Of a stretch of DNA of 38,299 nt, positions 18,318-26,862 are shown one piece after another. Every line of letters starts with the position of its first letter. The stretch's first letter is position 1. The translations under genes and the position numbers were made by a program. This DNA is from Pseudomonadota bacterium (GTDB lineage: Bacteria > Pseudomonadota > Alphaproteobacteria > SMXQ01): assembly GCA_022545545.1 (NCBI GenBank), contig JACZQV010000004.1, forward strand, positions 1 to 38,299, given 5' to 3'. The notes beneath the pieces were generated by a model that was given only the letters and a program-made list of their open reading frames with translations, had not been told where the DNA came from and did not search any database.

Positions 18318-20768
18318 ATGGACCAAACCTTACCCACCCAGGCCCGGGCGGTGATCATCGGCGGCGGCATCGTCGGCTGTTCCGTCGCCTATCATCTGGC
18401 CAAGCTTGGTTGGCGCGAAATCGTGCTCCTCGAACAGGGCCAGCTCAGTTGCGGCACGACATGGCACGCCGCCGGGCTGGTCGGCCAGTTGCGCGCCCAT
18501 CAGAACCTGACCCGCCTCATTCGCTACTCGTGCGAGCTCTATGAAAATCTCGAGGCCGAGACCGGCCAGGCGACGGGCTGGAAACGCTGCGGCAGCCTCG
18601 CCGTCGCCCGCACCGATGACCGCATGACCCTGCTCAAGCGCACCGCCGCCATGGCCCGGGCCCACGGCGTCGAGGCCGAGGTGATCGGCGCCGAAGAGGC
18701 CGGGCGGCTATGGCCGGTGATGCGCGCCGACGACCTCATCGGCGGCGTCTGGATCCCGGGCGACGGCAAGGTCAACCCGTCGGACGTGACCCAGGCGCTG
18801 GCCAAGGGCGCGCGCGCCGGCGGCGTCAAGATCTTCGAACGGGTCAAGGTCACCGGCGTCGACATCGCGGGCGGCGCCGTCACCGGGGTCGCGACCGATC
18901 ACGGCGCCATCGCCTGTGACATCGTCGTCAACTGCGCCGGCCAGTGGGGGCGGCAAGTGGGGCGCATGTGCGGCGTCACGGTGCCGCTTTATTCGGCCGA
19001 GCATATGTACATCGTCACCAAGGAGATCGACGGCGTCACCCCCGATCTGCCGGTGCTGCGCGATCCCGACGGCTCTATCTACTTCAAGGAGGAAGTCGGC
19101 GGCCTCGTCATGGGCGGGTTCGAGCCCGAGGCCAAGCCCTGGGGCATGGACGGCATCCCGGATGGCTTCGAGTTCACCCTGCTGAACGAGGACTGGGACC
19201 AGTTCGAGATCCTGATGACGAACGCCCTCATCCGCGTGCCGGCGCTCGAGACCGCCGAGGTGCGCCAACTGGTGAACGGGCCCGAATGCTTCACGCCGGA
19301 CACCAACTTCATCCTCGGCGAGGCGCCCGAGGTCAGGAACTTCTTTGTCGGCGCCGGCATGAATTCCATGGGCATCGCCAGCGCCGGCGGCGCCGGCAAG
19401 GCCTTGGCCGAATGGATCGACGCCGGCGAGCCGACCATGGACCTCTGGCCGGTGGATATCCGCCGCTTCGCCCCGTTCAACGCCGATGAGGCGTGGCTCG
19501 CGGCGCGTGTCGGCGAAGCCGTCGGCAAGCACTACGCCATACATTGGCCCAACCTGGAGATGGAATCGGCGAGGCCGCTTCGCCGCTCGCCGCTATATCG
19601 GCATCTGAAACGGGCCGGCGCCTGCTTCGGCTCCAAGATGGGGTGGGAGCGGGCCAACTGGTTCGCCCCCGATGGCGTCGAACCCAGGGTCGAATATTCC
19701 TTCGGGCGTCAGAACTGGTTCCCCTATGCCGCCCGTGAGCACCGCGCGGCCCGCGAGGCGGTCGCGATCTTCGATCAGACCTCGTTCTCGAAATTCCTGC
19801 TCCAGGGGCGGGACGCCGAGGCGGTGTTGCAGAATCTCTGCGCCAACGATGTCGGGGTCGATGCCGGGCGGATCGTCTATACCGGCATGCTCAACGGTCG
19901 TGGCGGGTACGAGAGCGATGTGACCGTCACCCGCTTGGCCGAAGACGCCTATTTCATCGTCTCGGGCACGGCCCAGACGACGCGCGATGCCGATTGGATC
20001 CGCCGCAATATCGCCGATGGCGCCAACGCCGCCCTCACCGACGTCACCGGGGCCTATGCGGTGATCGGCGTCATGGGGCCGAAATCGCGCGAGTTGCTGG
20101 CGGCGCTAAGCGGCGCCGATCTCGGCAATGACGCCTTCCCCTTCGGCACCTGGGGCGAGATCGGCATCGGTTACGCGACCTTGCGGGCCCATCGCATCAC
20201 CTATGTCGGCGAGCTCGGCTGGGAGCTTTACGTGCCGGCGGAGTTCGCCGTTTCGGTCTACACCGCGCTGATCGAGGCCGGCGCCGAGTTCGGCCTCCGC
20301 GCCGCCGGTTATTACGCCATCGATTCACTTCGCATGGAGAAGGGCTATCGCGCCTGGGGCGCCGACGTGACCCCCGATTACACCCCCTACGAGGCCGGGC
20401 TCGGCTTCGCCGTCAGGTTGGACAAGGGCGTCGATTTCATCGGCCGCGAGGCGCTGATGCGCCAGAAAGAAGCGGGAATCACCCGCCGCCTCGTCCAGTT
20501 CACCCTCGAGGACCCGGACGCCATCGCCTTCGGCAAGGAGTTGATCCTGCGCGACGGCGAGGCGGTGGGCGAGGTGACGTCCGCCGCCTACGGTCACACA
20601 TTGGGCCGCGCCGTCGCCATGGGCTATGTCAAGAATGCGGACGGGGTGGCCGACCGGGAATTCATCGAGACAGGGCGTTACGAGATCGACATCGCCGGCG
20701 AGCGCTTCGCCGCCACGGCGCATCTGCGCCCACCCTACGATGCCAAGGGCGAACGCATCCGGGCCTAG
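18318..20768 (+). CDS. GcvT-family FAD-dependent N-demethylating dehydrogenase (sarcosine/dimethylglycine dehydrogenase-like)
   Basis: IIGGGIVG FAD motif, GTTWHAAG covalent-flavin His, GWERANWF, TYVGELGWE, SLRMEKGY folate-binding domain; start MDQTLPT. Confidence 0.92.
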   Translation: MDQTLPTQARAVIIGGGIVGCSVAYHLAKLGWREIVLLEQGQLSCGTTWHAAGLVGQLRAHQNLTRLIRYSCELYENLEAETGQATGWKRCGSLAVARTDDRMTLLKRTAAMARAHGVEAEVIGAEEAGRLWPVMRADDLIGGVWIPGDGKVNPSDVTQALAKGARAGGVKIFERVKVTGVDIAGGAVTGVATDHGAIACDIVVNCAGQWGRQVGRMCGVTVPLYSAEHMYIVTKEIDGVTPDLPVLRDPDGSIYFKEEVGGLVMGGFEPEAKPWGMDGIPDGFEFTLLNEDWDQFEILMTNALIRVPALETAEVRQLVNGPECFTPDTNFILGEAPEVRNFFVGAGMNSMGIASAGGAGKALAEWIDAGEPTMDLWPVDIRRFAPFNADEAWLAARVGEAVGKHYAIHWPNLEMESARPLRRSPLYRHLKRAGACFGSKMGWERANWFAPDGVEPRVEYSFGRQNWFPYAAREHRAAREAVAIFDQTSFSKFLLQGRDAEAVLQNLCANDVGVDAGRIVYTGMLNGRGGYESDVTVTRLAEDAYFIVSGTAQTTRDADWIRRNIADGANAALTDVTGAYAVIGVMGPKSRELLAALSGADLGNDAFPFGTWGEIGIGYATLRAHRITYVGELGWELYVPAEFAVSVYTALIEAGAEFGLRAAGYYAIDSLRMEKGYRAWGADVTPDYTPYEAGLGFAVRLDKGVDFIGREALMRQKEAGITRRLVQFTLEDPDAIAFGKELILRDGEAVGEVTSAAYGHTLGRAVAMGYVKNADGVADREFIETGRYEIDIAGERFAATAHLRPPYDAKGERIRA

Positions 20769-20785
20769 GGTCTGTGGGCTCAAAC

Positions 20786-20804
20786 GGGGTCAAGTCTTGA
20801 CCCC
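20786..20804. repeat. Perfect palindrome between convergent genes (REP-like)
   Basis: GGGGTCAAG-T-CTTGACCCC. Confidence 0.45.
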
Positions 20805-20875
20805 TTCACGAGCAGCCGGAAGGCCCGGCGGAAGCCTAAGGGGCCGCCGGCGGAGGCAATCGCGTTGTTGAGAAG

Positions 20876-21202
20876 TTAGGGCTTTTTGTCGGCCTTGCCG
20901 CCGCCGAGACAGGGCGGGGAAGCGGCGGTCTCGCCGCCCTTTTTTTGCCATTCCTCCCCGGTCAGGGTCTGGAGCGAGAGCGCGTGCAAGCCACCATTGA
21001 GCTCTTCCGCCAGGATGCCGTTGACCCTTTGGTGGCGGCGGAGGAGCGGCTCGTCCCCGAACTTCTCGGAAACGATGATCAGCTTGAAGTGGGATTGGGC
21101 GCCCGGCGGCACGGAGTGCATATGGCTCTCGTCGATCACCTCGAGGTGCTCCGGTGAAAGCTCGGCCATGATCTTGGTCTCGATGTTTTGGCGCATGCTC
21201 AT
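20876..21202 (-). CDS. bolA: BolA-family protein
   Basis: LEVIDESHMH, SHFKLIIVSEKF, RHQRV, LHALSL, SPPCLGG. Confidence 0.9.
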   Translation of the reverse strand: MSMRQNIETKIMAELSPEHLEVIDESHMHSVPPGAQSHFKLIIVSEKFGDEPLLRRHQRVNGILAEELNGGLHALSLQTLTGEEWQKKGGETAASPPCLGGGKADKKP

Positions 21203-21380
21203 CTCATCGCTCCCTTGCGGCTTGGCGAAAATCCGGGTCCGGCGGCTCGAGCCCTCGCCCGGCCACGGTCAAGCGCCGCAACCTTTGATCTGGTGATGCC
21301 AACTCTGATATTCACTCTCTTTATCACCCCATCCGGCGCCGGCGGTCTTGGCCGCGCCTTGGCGCGCCCCTGACGGCGCC

Positions 21381-22220
21381 CTATCGCGCGTTCTCCATGA
21401 TCTCCAGGTTCTTCTTGGCCATATCGTTCCCCTGTTCGGCGGCGCGGCGGAACCATTTGATGGCTTCCGCCTTGCTTTCCGGCACGCCCCTTCCCTTGGC
21501 GTACATGTCGGCGAGGTTGTTCTGGGCGAAGGCGTCGCCCTGCATCGCCGCTTGGCGGTACCAATTCACCGCCAGCCCATCGTCATTGGGCACGCCCACG
21601 CCTTCGGCATAGAGCAATCCGAGATTGTACTGGGCCTTGGCGTGGCCCTGCTGGGCGGCCTTGTGGTACCACTTGGCGGCGTCTTCCGGGTCCTTGGAGA
21701 CGCCCCGGCCCCGGGCATACATGACCCCTAGATTGTACTGGGCCTGGGCCAGACCCTGCTCGGCGGCCTCGCGGTACCACCTGGCGGCATCGCCGTCATC
21801 CTTGTCGACGCCGCGGCCCTGGGCGTACATGACGCCGAGGTTATACTGGGCCTTGGCGTAGTCCTCCTCGGCGGACTTTTCGAACCAGTCGACCGCCTCC
21901 TTGTCGTCCTTGGCGACGCCCAGCCCCTTGGCGTAGGCCCTGCCGAGCTGGTACTGGGCCAGCGCGTCGCCCTGCCCGGCGGCCTTCCGGTACCACTTGA
22001 CGGCCTCGGCCTCGTCCTTGGCGATGCCCTCGCCATTGGCGTACATGTGGCCGAGGTTGAACTGGGCCACCGGGTTGCCTTCCCCGGCCGCCGTCTTGAA
22101 TTCCTCGAACGCGGTCGCGTAGTCGCCCCGCAGATAGGCCCAAAGGCCGGTCTTGAAATCGGCCCCCACCTCGGCCGCCAAGGCGGCGAGCAGCGCCAGC
22201 GCGATCAGAAGGCGTTTCAC
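21381..22220 (-). CDS. Secreted Sel1-repeat protein
   Basis: Signal peptide plus about six AQYNLGVMYA.G.GV...A.KWY..AA repeats; GGAGGT RBS with GTG start. Confidence 0.92.
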   Translation of the reverse strand: MKRLLIALALLAALAAEVGADFKTGLWAYLRGDYATAFEEFKTAAGEGNPVAQFNLGHMYANGEGIAKDEAEAVKWYRKAAGQGDALAQYQLGRAYAKGLGVAKDDKEAVDWFEKSAEEDYAKAQYNLGVMYAQGRGVDKDDGDAARWYREAAEQGLAQAQYNLGVMYARGRGVSKDPEDAAKWYHKAAQQGHAKAQYNLGLLYAEGVGVPNDDGLAVNWYRQAAMQGDAFAQNNLADMYAKGRGVPESKAEAIKWFRRAAEQGNDMAKKNLEIMENAR

Positions 22221-22238
22221 GGCTTGATACCTCCGTCC

Positions 22239-22742
22239 TCAGGCGTGGACCACTACCTTGTCGGCGCCCGCGTCTGTCCTTGGCGGGCGCGAAACCGCCC
22301 GCGGTGCCAGGCCGGTTGTGACTTTCTCTTGTCCCTGGCCGGCATTTGGCCCGGTGCGTGCAAGATACGCGCGAATCCGCGTCGCCATTCGTGACGGGTG
22401 CGGTTGCGCCTGCTTGGCGTAGCTTCGCCGGCCGAAGAGATGGGCCGCCTCGTTGACGCCGATCTGGAAGAAGCTCGCCACCGCCCGCCAGTCGGTCTTG
22501 CCCTGATATACCGGCCGGCATTGCGCGACATCGTCCTTGTCGGCGAGGCGCACGCCCTGGGCCTTGAACCATGGGTCGAGCGCGGCGGCCAGACCGACGG
22601 CGCAGCCGATGCCGTCGCCATACCATCGCGTCAGGCTAAGCTTCTCCGGTGCAAGTCCGTCGAGGAATTCCGCCAAGTGGCTCAGCCGCTCGCGGCCGCT
22701 GGCGAGGTAAGTGGGTATTTCACGCGCTGCCCTGTACTCCAT
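22239..22742 (-). CDS. Hypothetical protein
   Basis: GGGGAG RBS before MEYRAAREIP; co-oriented with the Sel1 gene; no recognised family. Confidence 0.65.
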   Translation of the reverse strand: MEYRAAREIPTYLASGRERLSHLAEFLDGLAPEKLSLTRWYGDGIGCAVGLAAALDPWFKAQGVRLADKDDVAQCRPVYQGKTDWRAVASFFQIGVNEAAHLFGRRSYAKQAQPHPSRMATRIRAYLARTGPNAGQGQEKVTTGLAPRAVSRPPRTDAGADKVVVHA

Positions 22743-23115
22743 GGTTCTCCCCAATCCTGTCAAATCAGCAACGAAACACCGGCCTCGACCGACCTCCCGA
22801 GGGTAAAAACGACGACATTACCAGTCTAGCAAATTCGGCGTCGAATGTCTGCCGCGAGCGGTAGAAAGCGGATCCGGACAGGAGGGTTGCGGAAGAGGAA
22901 GGCCCTCCAAAGGAAGGCGTATTCCCCGGCGTTTTGCAGGGCCCCGTCCGGCGCCGTGGGGCACGGCCATCTCGCCCCGGCCATCCGCGCCGCATCGCGT
23001 GCGAACCCGCCCGAAAGTAAGTACTGGATCGCCCAGGCAGTGGTAGGATCGGGCCGCGAGAGGGGCTCGGCCTGAGCGCCCCGGAAGTCCCTGAACCGGC
23101 CGGGGAGAGACCGCC

Positions 23116-24222
23116 ATGACCACTATCAGCGAAATCACCCTTCATCTCGTGAAGCTGCCGCTGGTAACGCCCTATCGCGTCTCCTATCGGGTCTATGAGG
23201 ACTTCGATCCCATCATCGTCGAGGCGCGCGATACGGACGGGGGCATCGGCTGGGGCGAAGGGCACATTTCCCCCGGATACAGCTTCGAGACCATCGAGGG
23301 TGGCTGGGCGTTCTGCCGCGCCCAGGCGGAGAACGTCATCGGCCGGGAGGTGGCGGAGGCGATCGCCGGGGTGAGCAGGCATATCGATAGAAGCCCGGTG
23401 GCGGCGAGCGGATTGCTCAACGCGCTGGAGATGCTCGCCGGGAGCCCCATCCTCACGCTCGCCGAGGACACCCGGGTGCCCTTGCTGACGCCGATGCACG
23501 TGATGGACCCGGACGGCATCGCCGCCGAGGTCGAGGCCAGGCTGGCAGACGGGTTCACGACGCTCAAGGTCAAGGTCGGCAAGGATGTCGACGGCGACCT
23601 CGCGCGCGTCGCCGCCACCCGGCAGGCGGCGCGGGGCCGGGCGAGCATCCGTATCGACGCCAACCGGGGTTTCAGCGAATCACAGGGCTGCCGCTTCGCG
23701 GCGGCGCTCGATGCCCAGGGAATCGAGCTCTTCGAGCAACCTTGCGGCGCCGATGATTGGGCCGCCAACGCCGCCGTTGCCAAAGTTTCGGCCGTTCCGG
23801 TGATGCTCGATGAATCGGTCTATGGCGTCGCCGATATCGAACGGGCGGCCGGGATAGAGGGGATCGGTTTCATCAAGCTCAAGCTCAAGAAGTTCGGCCG
23901 TATGGACCTCCTCGAGGCGGCGCTCAAGCGCATCCGCGATCTCGGCATGGAGCCGGTGCTGGGCGACGGCACCTCGGCCGAGATCTGCTGCTGGATGGAG
24001 GCCTGCGTCGCCCGCCTGGTGATCGACAATGCCGGCGAGATGAACGGCTATCTCAAGCCCAAGGCGCGGCTGTTCGCCGACCCGCTTGGTTTCGAAAAGG
24101 GCGCGATGGTCCTGAAAGCGGGGTTCGTGCCGGAAATCGACCGTGAGACGCTGATGCGCCACACCGTGAAGGCGGAACGAATCTCCCGGCCCGCCGCGGG
24201 TATTCGCGCCGCCGCCGTATAG
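23116..24222 (+). CDS. Mandelate racemase/muconate lactonizing enzyme family (enolase superfamily)
   Basis: GWGEG, KVK catalytic motif, metal ligands DAN / EQP / DES. Confidence 0.88.
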   Translation: MTTISEITLHLVKLPLVTPYRVSYRVYEDFDPIIVEARDTDGGIGWGEGHISPGYSFETIEGGWAFCRAQAENVIGREVAEAIAGVSRHIDRSPVAASGLLNALEMLAGSPILTLAEDTRVPLLTPMHVMDPDGIAAEVEARLADGFTTLKVKVGKDVDGDLARVAATRQAARGRASIRIDANRGFSESQGCRFAAALDAQGIELFEQPCGADDWAANAAVAKVSAVPVMLDESVYGVADIERAAGIEGIGFIKLKLKKFGRMDLLEAALKRIRDLGMEPVLGDGTSAEICCWMEACVARLVIDNAGEMNGYLKPKARLFADPLGFEKGAMVLKAGFVPEIDRETLMRHTVKAERISRPAAGIRAAAV

Positions 24223-24265
24223 TGCTCTGATCGGAGGACGTTTTAGGCGTTGGCGGCGGGCGCGC

Positions 24266-24293
24266 GAAGGCCGTGGCCTTCGCCACGGCCTTC
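24266..24293 (+). terminator. Hairpin terminator after the MLE-family gene
   Basis: 12-bp perfect stem GAAGGCCGTGGC / GCCACGGCCTTC followed by ACTTCCTT, between convergent genes. Confidence 0.55.
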
Positions 24294-24478
24294 ACTTCCT
24301 TGGGAATGACCGGCCGGCCTCCCGTCGCAAATAATTGCGCTGGCCGGGACGTTGGTCAAGTCGCGCCGTTCGAATGCTTGTATCAGGTACCGGATCGCCG
24401 GAGTAAATCTGGCCGATGCAAAGAAGCCGCGTTTTTCCGGTGCCGGCGTAACTGGATCGTGGCTGCGAGACCGTGATG

Positions 24479-24772
24479 TTAGTCGGCGCTTGCCCGCGTC
24501 ACAATAACCCGTCCCCTGCCGCGCTTGAGAATATAACCACCGCGCGGGATCGAGAGATTCTTCTTCTTGATCAGGGCAACGAGTTCGCCGGCGATCGTCT
24601 CGGCCGTCTTGTCGGTTTCCCCGTTCGCGCCCTTATTCTGGGTCTTGAGCCATTGGGTGAATGCCTTGGTGCCGATGTCCTCCCCCACGGACTTCCGCAA
24701 AGCAGTGAGCTTACGCAACTGGCCCTTGGTCAGGCTTTCTTGGTCCAATTTTTGCGAAGACTTACGCGCCAT
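24479..24772 (-). CDS. Small basic hypothetical protein (97 aa)
   Basis: AGGGAG RBS, own promoter; Lys/Arg-rich sequence (LTKGQLRKLTALRKSVG...IPRGGYILKRGRGRVIV). Confidence 0.75.
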   Translation of the reverse strand: MARKSSQKLDQESLTKGQLRKLTALRKSVGEDIGTKAFTQWLKTQNKGANGETDKTAETIAGELVALIKKKNLSIPRGGYILKRGRGRVIVTRASAD

Positions 24773-24804
24773 TTTGATATCTCCCTAGAATATTACCAAT
24801 CTAA

Positions 24805-24837
24805 TTGTGATGCTATTTAATAAATCACAAATGTCAA
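24805..24837 (-). promoter_or_regulatory. Sigma70 promoter overlapped by an inverted-repeat operator
   Basis: Minus strand TTGACA(24837-24832)-N16-TAGCAT(24815-24810); TTGTGAT-N12-ATCACAA at 24805-24830. Confidence 0.6.
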
Positions 24838-25112
24838 CTTGTAAAGCCGTAATCCAAGGACGCGCTCTGTTAATTTTGACCTCAAAGGGTCCTGGCGCCG
24901 CTCGCCTCATCCGCGTTCGAAGCCGCGCTTCGTCCTCGGGTGATCTGACGGGCGAGGGCGCGGCGGTCTCGCCGGCCATCGTGATCGGCCGGGGTTGAGG
25001 GGGCTGAACTTGCGCCCGTCCGCGACCGACGTGGGTTCGGCCACGCCATCGGTGGAATTTCCTAACTAACGGAATTTTCAGCATTATTAAACATACAAGA
25101 GGGCCGTTTGGC

Positions 25113-25127
25113 TTAAGGGACCCTTAA
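25113..25127 (+). promoter_or_regulatory. CtrA-type box upstream of the AAA+ ATPase
   Basis: TTAA-GGGACCC-TTAA matches the TTAA-N7-TTAA consensus, about 150 bp before the start codon. Confidence 0.55.
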
Positions 25128-25275
25128 GGACTTAGGCTAATAATTGGCGTTCTGGGGTGAATGGGCGCCGGGGTCACCGGAATTGGCGATAGTCATCCGG
25201 AAAATCGGGACCTGAAACGGTCGGACCAATGTCTTGCCCAAAATCTAATCCCATGATGAAAATGGAGGACCTGGG

Positions 25276-26781
25276 ATGCTGCTAGGGGATCTTTTGGTAG
25301 CGAACGGCGTGGTGTCGAGGGAGGACGTCCGCAAAGCGACCGAGAGACAAAAGACCACGGGGGGGCTCTTGGGCGAGAACCTGATCGCCCTCGAGGTGGT
25401 CACGGCTGAACAGTTACAAGAGGTTATCGCCACATTTCCGGATCCGCCCAAGAATATTGCCGACACCGGGCTGAAGGCCTCTTTCATCGAAACCCTGGTG
25501 TTAAAACTGATGTACGTGCACGGTTATGAAATGCCTACCGAAGTGGCGGCGGCTCTCAAGCTGTCGACGACGATAACGAACGAGGTACTGGATTCGGCCC
25601 GCGATAAGGGCCTGTTGGAGGTTCTCGGTTCGAGCGGCGCGATGCTGGCGTCGGAGCTTCGCTTCGCGTTGACCGGCAAGGGAAGGGACTGGGCGACCGA
25701 GGCGCTGGAACAATGCCAGTATATCGGCGCCGCGCCGGTGCCGCTCTCGGCTTATTGTGACCAGATAGAACGCCAGGCGATGAGCACCGAACGGGTCAGC
25801 CAGGAAGTCCTGACGCGGAATGTTTCCCATCTGGTCCTGCCCGACGGGTTCATCGACCATCTCGGCCCGGCGGTGAACTCCGGCCGCGCCGTGCTGCTCT
25901 ATGGCCCGCCGGGGAACGGCAAGTCGTCCATCGCCGAAGCGATCGGCGCGTCGTTCGAGGGTATCGTTTATATCCCCTATGCCATCGAGGTCGACGGTCA
26001 GGTCATCAAGGTCTTCGACCCGACGGTTCACGATATCGCCGGCGAGGAAGAAGAGCCGAAGAAAAAGGTCAGGGCCATTATCGATGACGATGACGATGAC
26101 GTGCCGCTGCGCAAGGAAGGCATCGATGAGCGCTGGGTGGGGTGCAAGCGGCCGGTGATGATCACCGGCGGTGAACTGACGCTCGATATGCTCGACTTCC
26201 GGTACGATACGACCTCCAAATTCTATGAGGCGCCGTTACAGGTCAAGGCGATGAACGGCGTCTTCATCATCGACGACTTCGGCCGCCAGACGGTGTCGCC
26301 GAAGGATCTCTTGAACCGGTGGATCATTCCCCTGGAAAAGCGCGTCGACTATCTGGCCCTGCACACCGGGAAAAAGTTTCTAATCCCGTTCGACGAGCTG
26401 GTGATATTTTCGACCAATCTTTCGCCGGCCGACTTGATGGACGAGGCCTTTCTCAGGCGCATTCCTTACAAGATCCCGATGGAAAGGCCCAGCGTCGAAG
26501 ACTTCATCCAGATTTTCGTGCGGGTTTGCGAGGAAAAGAAGATCGAGCTTCCCGAGGACCTGATCGATTACGTCTTCGATTCCTTCTACAAGAAACAAGG
26601 CGAAAAGCTGGCGAGCCACCATCCCAGGTTCATCGTCGAACGGATCCTCGACAAGAGCCGTTACACCGGTGGCGAGCCTTATCTGGATCACGCCTCGGTG
26701 GATTTCGCCTTGAAGAACCTCGCCATCCGGGGAGGCGAGGACAACGAACCCATCATCGTCCACAACCCCGGGCTAAACTGA
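25276..26781 (+). CDS. AAA+ ATPase with N-terminal MshEN-like (GSPII_N) segment
   Basis: LLGDLLVANG...ERQ...LLGENL; Walker A GPPGNGKS; Walker B FIIDDFG; FSTNL, AFLRRI; GGAGG RBS. Confidence 0.85.
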   Translation: MLLGDLLVANGVVSREDVRKATERQKTTGGLLGENLIALEVVTAEQLQEVIATFPDPPKNIADTGLKASFIETLVLKLMYVHGYEMPTEVAAALKLSTTITNEVLDSARDKGLLEVLGSSGAMLASELRFALTGKGRDWATEALEQCQYIGAAPVPLSAYCDQIERQAMSTERVSQEVLTRNVSHLVLPDGFIDHLGPAVNSGRAVLLYGPPGNGKSSIAEAIGASFEGIVYIPYAIEVDGQVIKVFDPTVHDIAGEEEEPKKKVRAIIDDDDDDVPLRKEGIDERWVGCKRPVMITGGELTLDMLDFRYDTTSKFYEAPLQVKAMNGVFIIDDFGRQTVSPKDLLNRWIIPLEKRVDYLALHTGKKFLIPFDELVIFSTNLSPADLMDEAFLRRIPYKIPMERPSVEDFIQIFVRVCEEKKIELPEDLIDYVFDSFYKKQGEKLASHHPRFIVERILDKSRYTGGEPYLDHASVDFALKNLAIRGGEDNEPIIVHNPGLN

Positions 26782-26862
26782 CGCCCCGCGTTCGGGACCG
26801 GTGGAGACCCGCCGGCGTTAGAGCGCTATGCGGGACCGCCAAGCCGGCGTCCGATCGGCGGT

